Source of the DNA: Octopus sinensis
Lineage: Eukaryota
Assembly (NCBI RefSeq): GCF_006345805.1
Contig: NC_043007.1
Location: 40,362,001-40,426,000 of the forward strand
Direction: 5' to 3'
Length of the DNA stretch: 64,000 bases
Shown: positions 40,216 to 53,292 of the stretch, in pieces
Layout of the letters: the number at the start of each line of letters is the position of its first letter
Position numbering within the stretch: the stretch's first letter is position 1
Notes under the pieces: generated by a model
Told to the model about the DNA's origin: nothing
The model's input: the letters and a program-made list of their open reading frames with translations, nothing else
The model's database searches: none
Translations under genes and position numbers: made by a program

Positions 40216-41712
40216 ATTTTTTCTTCAGATATCGATCGAAAGATGGTCAAACTGGACATTGATTTCTCCAGTTTGGTGGAATCCGAAAAATCTAGAGTAC
40301 TGTTCATTCAGTATCTGACTAACAGATAAACAAAACAAACCTTTTTCATGTACACACTACACATTCGCCCTTTCTTTCTCCCACCCACTTTCTCTGTGTC
40401 TACTTCTATCTCTTTCTTTCCCGCCCTCTCTCTTTTACGTTTTCGTCCAAGAAAATTTTCGTCTCATGGGAAATGTAGAAACCAGTTAAACAAGATTTTT
40501 TTGTCATACTCACTCACAGACATACACAGGCACACACACACACACATACATACACCCACCTTTATATTTTCATGCATATATGTATACTTATTACCTGTAT
40601 GCGTATGTTTGTTCGCACACACACACACGCATACGTACACACACACACACACACAAACACACACAAAGACACGCAAGTATACACATACACACACATACAC
40701 ACACAGCCAATACTGCCTACTCGAATAATCTGGTTAATTGCATAGCTTTAAAAAAAATACGTTCAGTATCAAATCAATAATTGAAAGATATTTTTCCTTC
40801 GATTCTAATTAAAAATGTGGTTAACCATGTCATTAAACCGGACATTTTATATGCATAAATTAAAATTGCACGCGTGCGTTTTATTTCCCCAATAAATACT
40901 ACAGAGTATTCAGAGTGTAGCGTGCGCATAAAATATATATTGTTTAGTTAATGGCGAGCCATCAAAAGTTTAAATATGATTTGGAGCTATCTATTACGGT
41001 GTTAGCTTAATTTATGACTGTTTTATGACTACATGGTCAATGATTATTCAATGTTATTGATTGTTGAGGGCGCATGACCGAGAAGCAAGAATGTTGCACT
41101 CGTGCAATCGTGAGTACGACTCCTGGACCGGGCAGTGCGTTGCACAAAACAATTCATGGGCTAGAGTAGCAATGGGTGGGATATGTGTGTTTTGTGTACG
41201 TACCACTAACTTTTTCTGCATTCTGCGACCACTTTGACATCTGACGTATAGGTAATGTCGATTTAATCACATCATTTGTATTGGTTGTTCAGTAATATAT
41301 TACAGAAGCGCCTTTCTCGGACCCAAGAGACTACCATACATTTCTATTAGCTGTTGATTGAGTAATGAAGCTGGATACGTCTTCTCTGAGGAGAGGCCAT
41401 CAAAGCGTGAAACGGTCTGTCAAGAGACTCCCAAACGTTAATTTTCCATACATCGAAAAGCTGGAAGGAATATGTTTATATTATTCTTCACACACTACTA
41501 CGCATCATAATTACACCCCTTCCCCGACACATGTATGTAGGTGTGGATGGATGGATGGATGGATGGATGGGTGTTTCGTAGAACAAAGAGGGAAACTAGT
41601 GTCAAATACATAAACATGTACATGTATGCGCGTACGTTTATGTAGGTGTGTGTATGTATGTATGTATGTATGTATGTATGTATGTATGTATGTATGTATG
41701 TATGTATGTATG

Positions 41713-42378
41713 TCATTCAGTTTTATTTCATGATTTCTTGCTAATTGAGAAAGAGACGGTTTCTCATCTAGATCCAAGGCTCCTTCATTGGAATTTCAAC
41801 AACAACAACAGGGTATTTTTGTATGCACTTATGCATGTATCTATGTATGTATGCATGTATGTATGTATGTATGTATGTATGTATGTATGTATGTATGTAT
41901 GTATGTATGTATGTATGCATGTATGTATGTATGTATGTATGTATGTGAACATATTTCTATGTTTTGTTTTATGTATATCTCATGCATATACTTGCATATC
42001 TAGATATGCTCATATAAACTTAAATGATAAATCTCTGGAAAATTTTACATATTTTAACAGTTCCAGTAATGGATCGGATCTGTAGTCTCCGATTCAGCTT
42101 TCTCCTTTCTGGTTTTGAGAACCTCAATTTCTCAAATTTGGTATTTAGGCAGTATTTCATATCCCAGGGCCCCAATAATTACATGTATAAACCTGAACTT
42201 GTAATCTGGATAGAGTAACTGCAGATTTCTCAACAGTTCAGCGTAGGTATACTCTTTTTAACCGATCTTTAGCTTTATGTTAACATCCGCTGAGCAGCTA
42301 GTTTCCATAACTGTACGCAGTTTCTCTTCTCTATCTTAAATCATTATATCGGGTCTGTTGTGCTTACATTTTATTGGG
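41713..42378 (-). mobile_element. RLE-type (R4/Dong/NeSL-like) non-LTR retrotransposon 3' end
   Basis: KCKHNRPDIMI*D...ETSCSADVNI...YAELL...VIIGALGY (PD..D/E..K restriction-like endonuclease), then a 3'UTR. Both ends abut (TACA)n. A second 3'UTR copy lies at 49470-49695. Confidence 0.8.
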
Positions 42379-42383
42379 GTTTT

Positions 42384-42995
42384 ATGTACGTATGTATGTA
42401 TGTATGTATGTATGTATGTATGTATGTATGTATGTATGCATGTATGTATGTATGTCTGTGTGTATGTATGTATGTATGTATGTGTATGTATGTATGTAGT
42501 ATGTATGTATGTATGCATGCATGCATGCATGTATGTATGATGTGTGTATGTATGCATGTATGTATGTATGTGTATGTATGCATGCATGCATGCATGCATG
42601 CATGTATGTATGATGTGTGTATGTATGCATGTATGTATGTATGTATGTATGTATGTGTATGTATGTATGTATGCATGATGTATGTATGTATGTATGTATG
42701 TATGTATGTATGTATGTATGTATGTATGCATGCATGCATGCATGCATGTATGTATGTATGTGTGTATGTATGCATGTATGTATGTATGTATGTATGTATG
42801 CATGCATGCATGCATGCATGCATGTATGTATGTATGTGTGTATGTATGCATGTATGTATGTATGTATGTATGTATGTATGTATGTATGTATGTATGCATG
42901 TATGTATGTATGTATGTATGTATGTATGTATGTATGTATGCATGCATGCATATATGTATGCATGTATGTATGTATGTGTGAATGTATGTATGTAT
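42384..42995. repeat. Long (ATGT)n/(ATGC)n microsatellite
   Basis: About 610 bp; accounts for the MYVC/HTYI pseudo-ORFs. Confidence 0.97.
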
Positions 42996-43344
42996 ACAAG
43001 TGAAGGAGCTTGGTTTAGTAGTTAGTGAATTCGGCTCATGATTGTAAGGTCGTGAGTTCGATACCTGGCGCGTTGTGATCTTGAGCAAGACACTTTATTT
43101 CACGTTGCTCCAGTCCACTCAGCTGACAAAAATGAGTTGTGCCTGTATTTCAAAGGTCTAGCCTTGTCACCTTCTGTGTCACGCTGAATCCCCATGAGAA
43201 TTATGTTAAGTATACACGTGTCTGTGGAGTGCTCAGCCGCTTGCTAATTTCAAGAGCAGGCCGTTCCGTTGATCGGATTAACTGAAGCACTCGTCGTCGC
43301 AATCGACGGAGTGCCAGTTTACGTATGTATACAGAGAGAGAGAA

Positions 43345-43409
<65 letters not shown>

Positions 43410-43639
43410 GACGAGGAGAATCGCACATAAATTAAAGCGTATTAGTTTCGATGAAACCTCAGAAGCAAGAAATTTTAAAGATATTTATTCAATTTGAGAT
43501 TTTTGTATGCTTTAGGAAAAAAAGAAATTATTATAATTTGGTGCCTCTCGTATTACATACCGCATGAACCAGTTTTGAAAGCCAGACATACTGAGGGAAG
43601 CAATGCTATGTGCTTTCTGAGATGTTGGAGTCGGGGCGG

Positions 43640-43681
43640 AGTAGTAGTAGTAGTAGTAGCGTCGGCAGCGGCGGCAGCAGT

Positions 43682-43750
<69 letters not shown>

Positions 43751-43781
43751 GGTGGTGGTGGTGGTGGTGGTGATGGTATTG

Positions 43782-43821
<40 letters not shown>

Positions 43822-43835
43822 CGGCGGCGGCGGCG

Positions 43836-43885
<50 letters not shown>

Positions 43886-44270
43886 AGTGGTGGTGGTGTT
43901 GATGGTAGTGGTGGTGGTGGTGGTAGTGGTAGTAGTAGTAGTAGTAGTAGTAGCGGCGGCAGTTGCGGCGGCAGCAGCAGCAGCAGCAGTAGTAGTAGTT
44001 CTTCTTTTCATTCTTCTTCTTCTTCTTCTTCTCCTTCTCCTTCTTCTTCCTTCTTCTTCTTTTCTTCTTCTTCTTCTTCTTCTTCTTCCTTCTTCTTCTT
44101 CTCTTCTTCTTCTTCTTCTTCTTCTTCTCTTCTTCTTCTTTTCTTCTTCTTCTCTTCTCTTCTTCTTCTTCTTCTTCTTCTCTTCTTCTCTTCTCCTCTT
44201 CTTCTTCTTCTTCTTCTTCTTCTTCTTCTTCTTCTTCTTCTTCTTCTTCTTCTTCTTCTTCTTCTTCTTC
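43640..44270. repeat. Compound triplet repeat (GTA/GCA/GGT then CTT)
   Basis: Direct inspection; accounts for the poly-S/V/F pseudo-ORFs. Confidence 0.97.
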
Positions 44271-45207
44271 GGATCAGCTGCCCAGCGTTGTATATCATAG
44301 CAACTCGAATAGGTGAAAGAAAGCTGTTTATTTGTTTTGGGAGAAAGAAAAAAAAGGACAAGAAAAAAAAAAGAGAATCACGATAAAAGAAGGGAAAGAA
44401 AAGAAGAGAAAAGAAAAAGAAATGATGACGTCAGCAATAATAATAATTAGCTTTTCTTCTGTAGGCATTGTAGTAGAAGTGAACTCGTGGGTTAAATCGA
44501 CACCAGTCCTCAACTGATAATCATTTCATCGATCCCCAAGGGTGAAAGTCAACGTCGACTTTGGCCTAATTTGAACTCAGAACGCCGCTAAGCATTTTTT
44601 CCGGTGTACTAACAATTCTGTCAGTTTGCTGCCTTAATAATAACAACAACAACAACCACGACGACGACCATGATGGTGATGATGATGAGGATTTCTCTTA
44701 TTGGCCACAAAGGTCCAAGACATGGTGGACAATACCTATTTCTTTATTACCCACAAGGGGCTAAACATAGAGGGGACAAACAAGGACAGACATAGGTATT
44801 AAGTCGATTACATCGACCCCAGAGCGTAACTGGTACTTAATTTATCGACCCCGAAAGGATGAAAGGCAAAGTCGACCTAATACCAACGGATGAAATACGA
44901 CACACAAAACAGGTGGTATTTACACCTATCAAAGATAGACGCTACATTAAAGGATATAACAAAGGATATAGCATAAAAATATCTTACTAATTGATGTATA
45001 TTGTTTTATTCTGTTTTATTCTGTTGGATTTGGATGTTCGTATTTAATTAGTTAATAAATTATATGAATTGGTATTATCTGTAAGTTGATGATTAGCCTT
45101 TTGGGTACTTCACTGGCAGTATATTGGATAAATGATATCCCATAGTGGGTTACACTCATAACCCCTATCTCACTTTGTACTTTTATGTATATATATATAA
45201 TATATAT

Positions 45208-45307
<100 letters not shown>

Positions 45308-45313
45308 ATATAT

Positions 45314-45361
<48 letters not shown>

Positions 45362-45369
45362 GTTAGAGA

Positions 45370-45951
45370 AATAAATAATCAATAAACAGGATCCCCACTA
45401 GCGAAGCAGTCCACTTGGGTAAATCGGGGTAAACCTCACGCAAAAATTCCGGATTACTCTGCTATCACCAAGGCATGGGAAGTGCCATTTTCCAGTTTCT
45501 TCCATCCTACTAACAAAAGCATACTCAAAGTAGATTCATTCAATTTCACCAGTCTTGCCATTTTCGTCTATCCTTTTGATAACTTCACTAGAAGGCAGCA
45601 CCTCCCTCTCAACATTCACCTTCCTCTTCAAATGATATTTGAAGAAATAGGTGAGAGTTTGGTCAGAAAGGAAAGTTCTTGCCTTCAGACTTTTCAGACG
45701 GGTTCACCACACAGACTGTTTTGCCATAGCTGCTAACCAGAGAAAGATTTACCTTACTTCTCTGCTAAAGGAAGTGGGGCGTGTATCTTCACTATACACT
45801 CGGTGGACAGCTGGATTCATCTTACACGAGGCCACAAGTTTCTATTGCGCGGACACTGAATGATTGCATTCAGGACGGTTTCGTCCCCATGCATGCGTCT
45901 CGGATAAGTTCGGCTGTTTATAGTTCCATGTCTGAAGAGCTTATCTCGAAC
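45370..45951 (-). mobile_element. Tx1/L1-like LINE C-terminus and 3'UTR, opposite orientation
   Basis: VRDKLFRHG...DETVLNAIIQCP (decayed CCHC)...FFKYHLKRKVNVERE; the 3' end abuts (TA)n. Confidence 0.8.
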
Positions 45952-47843
45952 AAATTCGCAATTTTATCTTTCGTGGACCATGATGAACTCATGTTACTTT
46001 ATTCCGAGCAGAATTGTAAGTCTCTTTAGTAGCACTTCGTTCGACTGTCCGGTACGAGTGGCGGATAGAATCGCAGGCTGGACTTCAGCGTCTACCTCGA
46101 CAGATCTCCGCGACTATCGGCAAAGGAGGCAAAGTGTTACAAAAACCGATAACATTTGCAGAAATATGGGGAGCAATGTTTGGCTTCACTGGTTGAGCTT
46201 TACTTTTATATGCCCGACTTCTTCGGTGGTCTCTTGGCAAATATCAACTGCATCTGGCAGCGGGACGAGAGAATTTCCCAGTTCTGTGAGTCGAAAAGTA
46301 ATGGTGGAGAGCTGAACCATCAGGGTGTACAGCGGATTCGCAATCTAGACTAGGATCTGAAAGTTTACCACACCATAGTGGGTTACACCATGCTTCCTCT
46401 GCTTTGTAGCAGAAGCAGTAGGGAAGAGTGAGGGAAAGTTGTGGTGAAAGAGTACAGCGGGGTTCACCCCCACCCCAGCCGGAGCCTCGTGGAGCTTAGG
46501 ATTTTTTTGCTCAATAACACAATGCCCGGTCTGGGAATCGAAAACGCGTTCTTACGACCGCGAGTTCGCCGCCCTAACCACTGGGCCATTGTGCCTCCAC
46601 TCGATAGTTTCATTGATAATGTGCGGACATGCACCATCTCCATCTCATGTGATACATCAAAGAAAGGATGTATAAGAAGCCTTATATGGATGGGGCTCTT
46701 GTTAATCGAAAGCCTTTGTTGTGGGCGACCACCAATATTTGACCGCTGTTCTCACGGCAGTCAGTTTCAGTCTCTTCTTCTGCGATATAATTACTGCAAT
46801 GTACAATGGCACCAGTTCGGTGGTTAGGGTGAATGGCCATCTATCAGACCCATTCTGTATCAGGCACTCAGCCCACCATGGTTGTTCCCTCGTATTTCTT
46901 CTGAATGTACCAACTCTTGAGCTACTAGAGATATTGAGAGGCATCCCACGCGAACCAGGTTGTGAAATATCCGTGTTGGCACACGTAGACAAAGTTACCA
47001 TCATAGTGCACATCGTTCTAAGTAACTGCGAGGCGGGGATAGGAGTAAAAATCAGCTAAGCTATGCCAGTGGGCTTGCAGCTCGTAAACTGAAGTGGCAG
47101 GTCTAGACAGTTCAACAGCGTTGTCGGGTGCTGGACGGACGGACCTTTTATATTTCTCGGGGTCTCGTTTGATCTAGACTTCTAAGTGGAGAAGAGCTGA
47201 GGTGAGGTGATGAGCAGAGTAGTGAATCTCAAGCTAAATGGGCCGTGAGGAAGTTATCCTTGTAAGATGTAGCGATGTAGTTATCCTTGTAAGATGGGCT
47301 GATGTAGCGAGCGTATACATAGCTTCCGTCATCTACAACGACCTGAGTATTGCGCATTGTCTCAATTCACATTTGATCGACCGGGGAGTCTACTCTTTGC
47401 GCTTCTTGTGAAGAGGATGCTTTCCACTGGTTAGGTGTTCCATTCCGTGTGAATACCCGTTGAGTGGAGGACTAGACATGTTGATGTTAATGATGTGCGG
47501 ATGTGTGCCGAAGCTGCGGGTATCTCTATCCTTTCCTTGGCGGAATTTGTGTGTTGCCGTTTGTCAGACACGCTTTTCATCAGCTGGTCTCTTTGACATA
47601 ACTGTAGTTCTGGGTCAAGCGAAGCTCGAGGAGGACGCTTAGCACTTAAAATGTCGTTGAGTGCTCACAACCCTCTACCAGACGGGCAATGTGGTCGATG
47701 GAATTTCCACATTACCGTTGTATAGATGATTTGTGGCAGGTAAATGCGATAACGTTTTGGGGGAGATTTTGGACAACGATGACAATCAATTGGCTGTTTT
47801 TTTCTGGAGGGCTTTCAGTCCAACTTAAGGATAATTTCAAGAA
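45952..47843 (+). mobile_element. Tx1/L1-like LINE ORF2 segment (linker, RT, post-RT)
   Basis: PRLSAKEA; ELYFYMPDFFGGLLA; SKAF...DHQYL...VRVNGHLSDPF...GIPR...AHVDKVTI; WTDGP; ends ...DNFKK. A SINE is inserted at 46395-46598. Confidence 0.85.
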
Positions 47844-48552
47844 ATTGTTTGTAATATCTAGTAACAGAGCAAATAGACATACATACAGAAGGACAAATCT
47901 ACGATGAAGGGCCTTTCCGGCCATGACCAAACTTTCTTTTTCTTCTACAATGTTATAATCCAGTTGACATTATCTGATGCATCTTATTTTAATATGATGA
48001 TGGGGCGTGATTTCAGGGGCATGATTTCAGGGGCATGATTTCAGGAGCATTTGGCTGTTATTGTTAATAGCTCAAGCAATCATATGAGGCTCCCAGGATG
48101 GTGGATTAACAAAATCGGTAGAGTTTAGGACAACAATGCTTTATATTTAGTTATGGCTCTTTCGAGTTTCGAGTTCAAATCTTACCAAGGTCGACATAAC
48201 CTTTTGTCCGTCTAGGCTCGAGACGGATATTGAACCAATCAAAAACCGAAATTAATCTACTCGAATGACCACTTTCACCCAAATCTGTGAACGTGTACCA
48301 GACTTGGAAAACAATAGTAGTAGTAGTTGTAGCAGCAGCAGCAGCAGCAGCACCACCACCACCACCACCACCACCAAATGAAATAGTACTAGAGACAGTA
48401 GCAGCAGCAACAGTAGTAATGGAAGTCATAGCAGCAGCAGTAGTAGTAATAGAAATTCAACTCCAGAGCAGTGCATAATACACACAGGAAGTCAGTAATC
48501 CGACCGACTTAATCCCGTCTCATCCCTATGTAATAAACTATATAAAGATATA

Positions 48553-48965
48553 AGGCGGCGAGCTGGCAGAATCGTTAGCACGCCGGGTGAAATGCTTAGC
48601 TGTATCTCGTCTGGCGTTACGTTCTGAGTTCAAATTCCGCCGAGGTCGACTTTGTCTTTCATCCTTTCGGGGTCTATTAAATAAGTACCAGTTACGCACT
48701 GGCGTCGATGTAATTGACTTAATCCCTGTGTCTGTCCTTGTTTGTCCCCTCTCTGTTTAAGTAGGTCATCGTTCGTCCACTTGAACTTCGCCTGACATGG
48801 CTCAGGTCGGAGGTCAAAGGGAGACGATCAATCACTTTTTGTCAGAACAAAGGAATCTTAATTTCGCGCCTTTGCATGCATTGGTATTTCGAATCCAAGC
48901 TTAGAGAAGGAAGTGCTAACTCTTACACCCTCTATGTTTAGTCCCCTGTGGCCAATAAAGAAATA
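48553..48965 (+). mobile_element. SINE family B with a 168-bp internal insertion
   Basis: Insert 48760-48927 is flanked by a 13-bp duplication CCCTCT(C/A)TGTTTA. Confidence 0.85.
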
Positions 48966-49745
48966 AATATAAAGATATAATAATAAATCACATAATATAA
49001 TGATTGAGGTTCATTTCTGATGTAAGTTCAACACTGAATGAGGTTTTATATATTCACTGTATTTTCTTTTTTTTTTGTTTGTTTTTGCTACAGTTTGCCA
49101 CTGGTATGGTCAGATAGGGTGGTGTTAGTGGTGATAGTGTGGTTAGTGAACAAATACTGGTTCTTAACTAATCTTTTTCTTAATCTTGTCTTTAGATTGT
49201 TTGATTAAGCTGAAACAAACTTGGGCCGTTATCTGCACGTGCACGCTGGTTTCTGTGTACGTATGTGTGTATGCGTGTGTACATACGTGCGTATGTGTGG
49301 GTATGTATGTGTGGGTATGTATGTGCATGTGCGTGTGTGTGTGTGTGTGTATGCATATCTATATCTATATATGTAACTACACGCATGCATATGCGTGTAT
49401 GTAAATATGTATGTATGTATGTATGTATGTATGTTGTATGTATGTATGTATGTATGTATGTATGTATGTATATCATTATTCAGTTTTATTTCATGATTTC
49501 TTGCCAATAGAGAAAGAATCGGTTTCCAACCCAGATCCAAGGCTCCTTCGTTAGAATCTCAATATCAACAACAGGGTATTTTTGTTTGCATGCATGTATG
49601 TATGTATATATGTCTGTCTGTCTGTCTGCATGCCTGTCTGACTGTCTGTCTGTATGTACGTATGTATGAGCAGATTTGTATGTTTTATGTATGTATTTTC
49701 GAACCTGGATTCTCATTCTTAAGGTATTCTTCGATGTTGTTGTTG

Positions 49746-49805
<60 letters not shown>

Positions 49806-49937
49806 TATTATTATTATTATTCGATTCCAAGCAGTGACCTGAACAACAACAACAACAACAACAACAACAATAATAATAATAATAATAACATCGAAGAATA
49901 ACTTAGGAATGAGAACCCAGGTTCGAAATTTCCCCAA

Positions 49938-49983
49938 GACATCTGAAGAAGGCTGGAAGGTATATCAGCCGAAACGTCGTATT
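49938..49983 (+). ncRNA. Hammerhead fold in a second PLE terminal repeat copy (49891-50040)
   Basis: GACAU-CUGAAGA-A-GGCUG...CAGCC-GAAAC-GUC-GUAUU. Perfect stem II and canonical GUC triplet, but a weakened stem I. Confidence 0.55.
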
Positions 49984-50134
49984 AACAACAAACAAGATGA
50001 GGACAAATATCCGTTGAATGTAAATGATGTAAATAATGAATATATTTATTCTGATAAAAAATATATTTTCATAAAAATTCTATCAGATGACGTGAGTATA
50101 AACTAAGTTATTAAAACAAATTCTGAAATCAATC

Positions 50135-50860
50135 ACAATTTAATTTTGTAGAACTTCTAAATATACAATGTTTTCAGTGTGTCCTTTAATTGGGGTACAA
50201 ATAAAAAAGTTTGGGGCCTTCCAATTCACGAACATCCTACATTCAATTGCCCATGAGAGAAGCAAGGAGAAGCAAGGTTAAGTTCAACCACCTTGAGAGA
50301 TTGTCCTTGAGATTTGTTTATCGACATAGCAAAACTTAGTTTCATTGGGAATTGGAGCCGTTTAAATTCAAAGCGGAGGTCAGATGGCATTAATGGGATC
50401 CGTTGAATAAAGTCATCCTCACCCTTATATTTCCCAATAATAGCTGCCCCTAGGACATGGGTTTCATCGCTTTCACCACCAATCTGGTGCCATTGTACAA
50501 AGGAAGCGGATCCAGATTTCTGAGCGGCATGATCGGAGCCCCCCTTTTTTATGGCTGTAGAGAGTTCAGGAACTCAGATGGAAAACTACAGCTTGGTCCT
50601 GGTCAATGACAGTGTCGATGGCTTTGAAAGATTGTTCTTGTCCTGGCAACAGCTGCAAGAGATCCCCATTGATTTTGTCGACAGTAACAGTATCACTACG
50701 TGGAGCTAAGATGGCTCGCTCACATAGTCATTGACTCTTGCTAAAGTTTTATGCAATGTTCGGTAACACATGCATTGACATTTGGTACCGTCTCACCACA
50801 GGGTAGCTTGTGTTGCTGTTGCAATTCTCCCTATAAATGATAGCAAAGTGTGTATCAGAT
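50135..50860 (-). mobile_element. Helitron Pif1-like helicase C-terminal relic
   Basis: CERAILAPR...FPSEFLNSL...RIPLMPSDLRFEFKRLQFPMKLSFAMSINKSQGQSL...CFSHGQLNVGCS*...ENIVYLEVL, with frameshifts and stops. Confidence 0.9.
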
Positions 50861-51034
50861 GAAATCAAAAGCCTGAGTAACAGATCGATCAAATAAATAA
50901 AGTTTTAACGCTTTTGATAACAACGTATTCTCTCTTCTAATTATACAAACACAAAAAATTTCCCGACATTTAACTGTTATTTTTAGCAGTTCATCTTCTG
51001 TTTTAGGCAACGGGATGGGGTGGCGATGTATGTA

Positions 51035-51435
51035 CTCTTTTACTCTTTTACTCTTTTACTTGTTTCAGTCATTTGACTGCGGCCATGCTGGAGCACCGCC
51101 TTGAATCGAGCAACTCGACCCCGGGACTTATTCTTCTGTAAGCCCAGTACTTATCCTATCGGACTCTTTTGCCGAACCGCTAAGTTACGGGGACATAAAC
51201 TTTGTCAAGCAATGCTAGGGGGACAAACACAGACACACAAACATACACGCACATATATATATATATACATATATACGACGGGCTTCTTTCAGTTTTCCGT
51301 CTACCAAATCCACTCACAAGGCTTTGGTCGGCCCGAGGCTATAGTAGAAGTCACTTGCCCAAGGTGCCACGCAGTGGGACTGAACCCGGAACCATGTGGT
51401 TGGTAAACATGCTACTTACCACACAGCCACTCCTG
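51035..51435 (-). mobile_element. SINE family A
   Basis: Full-length copy. A partial copy also lies at 54200-54425 (+). Confidence 0.9.
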
Positions 51436-51880
51436 TGGATCAATTTTGGAGTTCTTCATAGAAAATTTGAAGAAGAAAAAAATTCTTTTCCATATTCTTA
51501 ATCTCCATATTTTCTCACGTAGATTGAAAAAGAAAATTGAAAAAAGGTAAAAAATTGAAAATTTGGGGGAGAGGGAGAATTTAAAATTTTGTAAACTTTT
51601 TGTTTTTTGCATATTCAGAATCGCTGTCTTTGAAAACATAGGAATCCGCTGAAAAGTAAAAAAAAATCGATAAGATCGATTGTTGGCGGGGTAAGGGGGT
51701 TACTACCCACCCCATATGGGCAAGGGCCAAAATTTGCCCCCCCCTCCCACTAGAACCTTCCCGATGAATGAAAAACCTTCATGCCAATTTGTACAGATTG
51801 ATCCACCGTTTGGCCGTACATAGAGGAGCCCCACAACACACACACACACACACACGCACAGTGAATTATATATATGTATA

Positions 51881-51955
<75 letters not shown>

Positions 51956-52081
51956 AGAGATATGTATGTATACCGGAGTAACACATAAATGTGAAACAAG
52001 GTGAAAAAAGAGAGTACTTCAAATACCAGAGGTATAAAAGCAGCAGAAATTTAACAAATTTTTGTTAATTTCTGCTGCTTA

Positions 52082-52122
<41 letters not shown>

Positions 52123-52123
<1 letters not shown>

Positions 52124-52514
52124 TAGCAGTATCGCCCGCGTTGCTCGGGTTGTAAGGGAAATAACTATATAAGCATTTTTAGAGAGTTATAGCAAAAAAA
52201 TAGCAAAAAATGCATTAAAAATTGAAAAAAAATTAAGGTAAATTTTTTTTTTAAATCGTTGACATCGTAGATATTTTTAGAGAGTTACTTCCCTTATATA
52301 ATAGCGAAAAAAATGCATTAAAATGGAAAAATATGATGGTAAATTTTTTAAAAATCGTAGACTCATCGTAGACGCGCGCTAATACCCAGAAGGGCTCGAT
52401 ATGAATCACGACTATAAGATACCCGCTTTTGGTTAAACTGCACCGCAAAATGTGGGAGTAGTTACGAATCTAAATCGAAGGGGACAGACACACAACTTCA
52501 CTCTTATATAAAGA
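52123..52514 (-). mobile_element. Non-autonomous Helitron
   Basis: A|TCTTTATATAAG 5' end; CCCGAGCAACGCGGG hairpin; CTAG|T 3' end. Shares its 3' end with the 36119 element. Confidence 0.85.
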
Positions 52515-53024
52515 TGCTTTTTTTTTTCAGTCATAGAGTTAGATTTATGAAGGTCTTCAGTAGAAAATCCTTCGAATTCTGACTCGCTGCTTGAATAATG
52601 AAATTCGTATCCATTTTTTGTCAGAATTACAAATTTTGAAAACACAATAGGAACAAATTTCGGAAAAAAATCTCCCATAATTCACGGAATTAAAATTACA
52701 CTTCGATTTTTGTACAAAACTGTATTTGAAGTGTTTACGAAGTATAATACGTGTTTTCACGAATGTACTAAAGAGATTTACTCTGATATTCTCATTTAAA
52801 TATGAATAGGTAAATTCGGGCGGTTTGGTAACGAAAGGGTTTATATAAGTGTCGTCTGTTTATACATAAACACTGTTTCATACTTTCAGTTTAGTCTTCC
52901 TCAAATCACTCTGACGCTAATTTACTCTCTTCCAAGAACATTTTCCCTCACACTTATCTGTTAGCTTCCCATACATTTTACTCATGTATCTATCAGCGTG
53001 ATAGACAGAAACAAATATTACATC

Positions 53025-53292
53025 TAGTTTCACTTTATTCGTTGCACACTGTGTGTGTGCGTTTGCGTGTGCTGTAAACCAGACTAAGAAAAGCATTTGA
53101 CATACACACCAGAATGTGAGTTTTCTGTAAATTTTGCTTAATTGGAGTTTAAATTTTAAAAACTGGACCTGGCATGACCCGATGCATTCTACTCTTAAAA
53201 ATACTAGGTAAACTGTAATTGAAGAAATCCTATATTGTAGATTTCTATAACTTACAAAGGGAGGCAGATAAAATCTGCCTTTTATTATAAGA
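53025..53292 (-). mobile_element. Helitron-like 5' segment (second copy 54910-55184)
   Basis: TCTTATAATAAAAGGCAG start with AGGCAGAT-aaa-ATCTGCCT hairpin; about 270 bp shared between the two copies. Confidence 0.65.

Noticed and set aside
41740-41800. Hammerhead-like look of the RLE 3'UTR (CCAAUGA...GAAA)
   Set aside because: Core deviates at U4 and G5, and stem I cannot be formed.
42336-43088. 200-250-aa ORFs (HTYI/MYVC repeats)
   Set aside because: Translations of an ATGT microsatellite, open in several frames on both strands.
43494-44386. 258-268-aa poly-V/S/F ORFs
   Set aside because: Triplet-repeat artefacts with no domain content or splice support.
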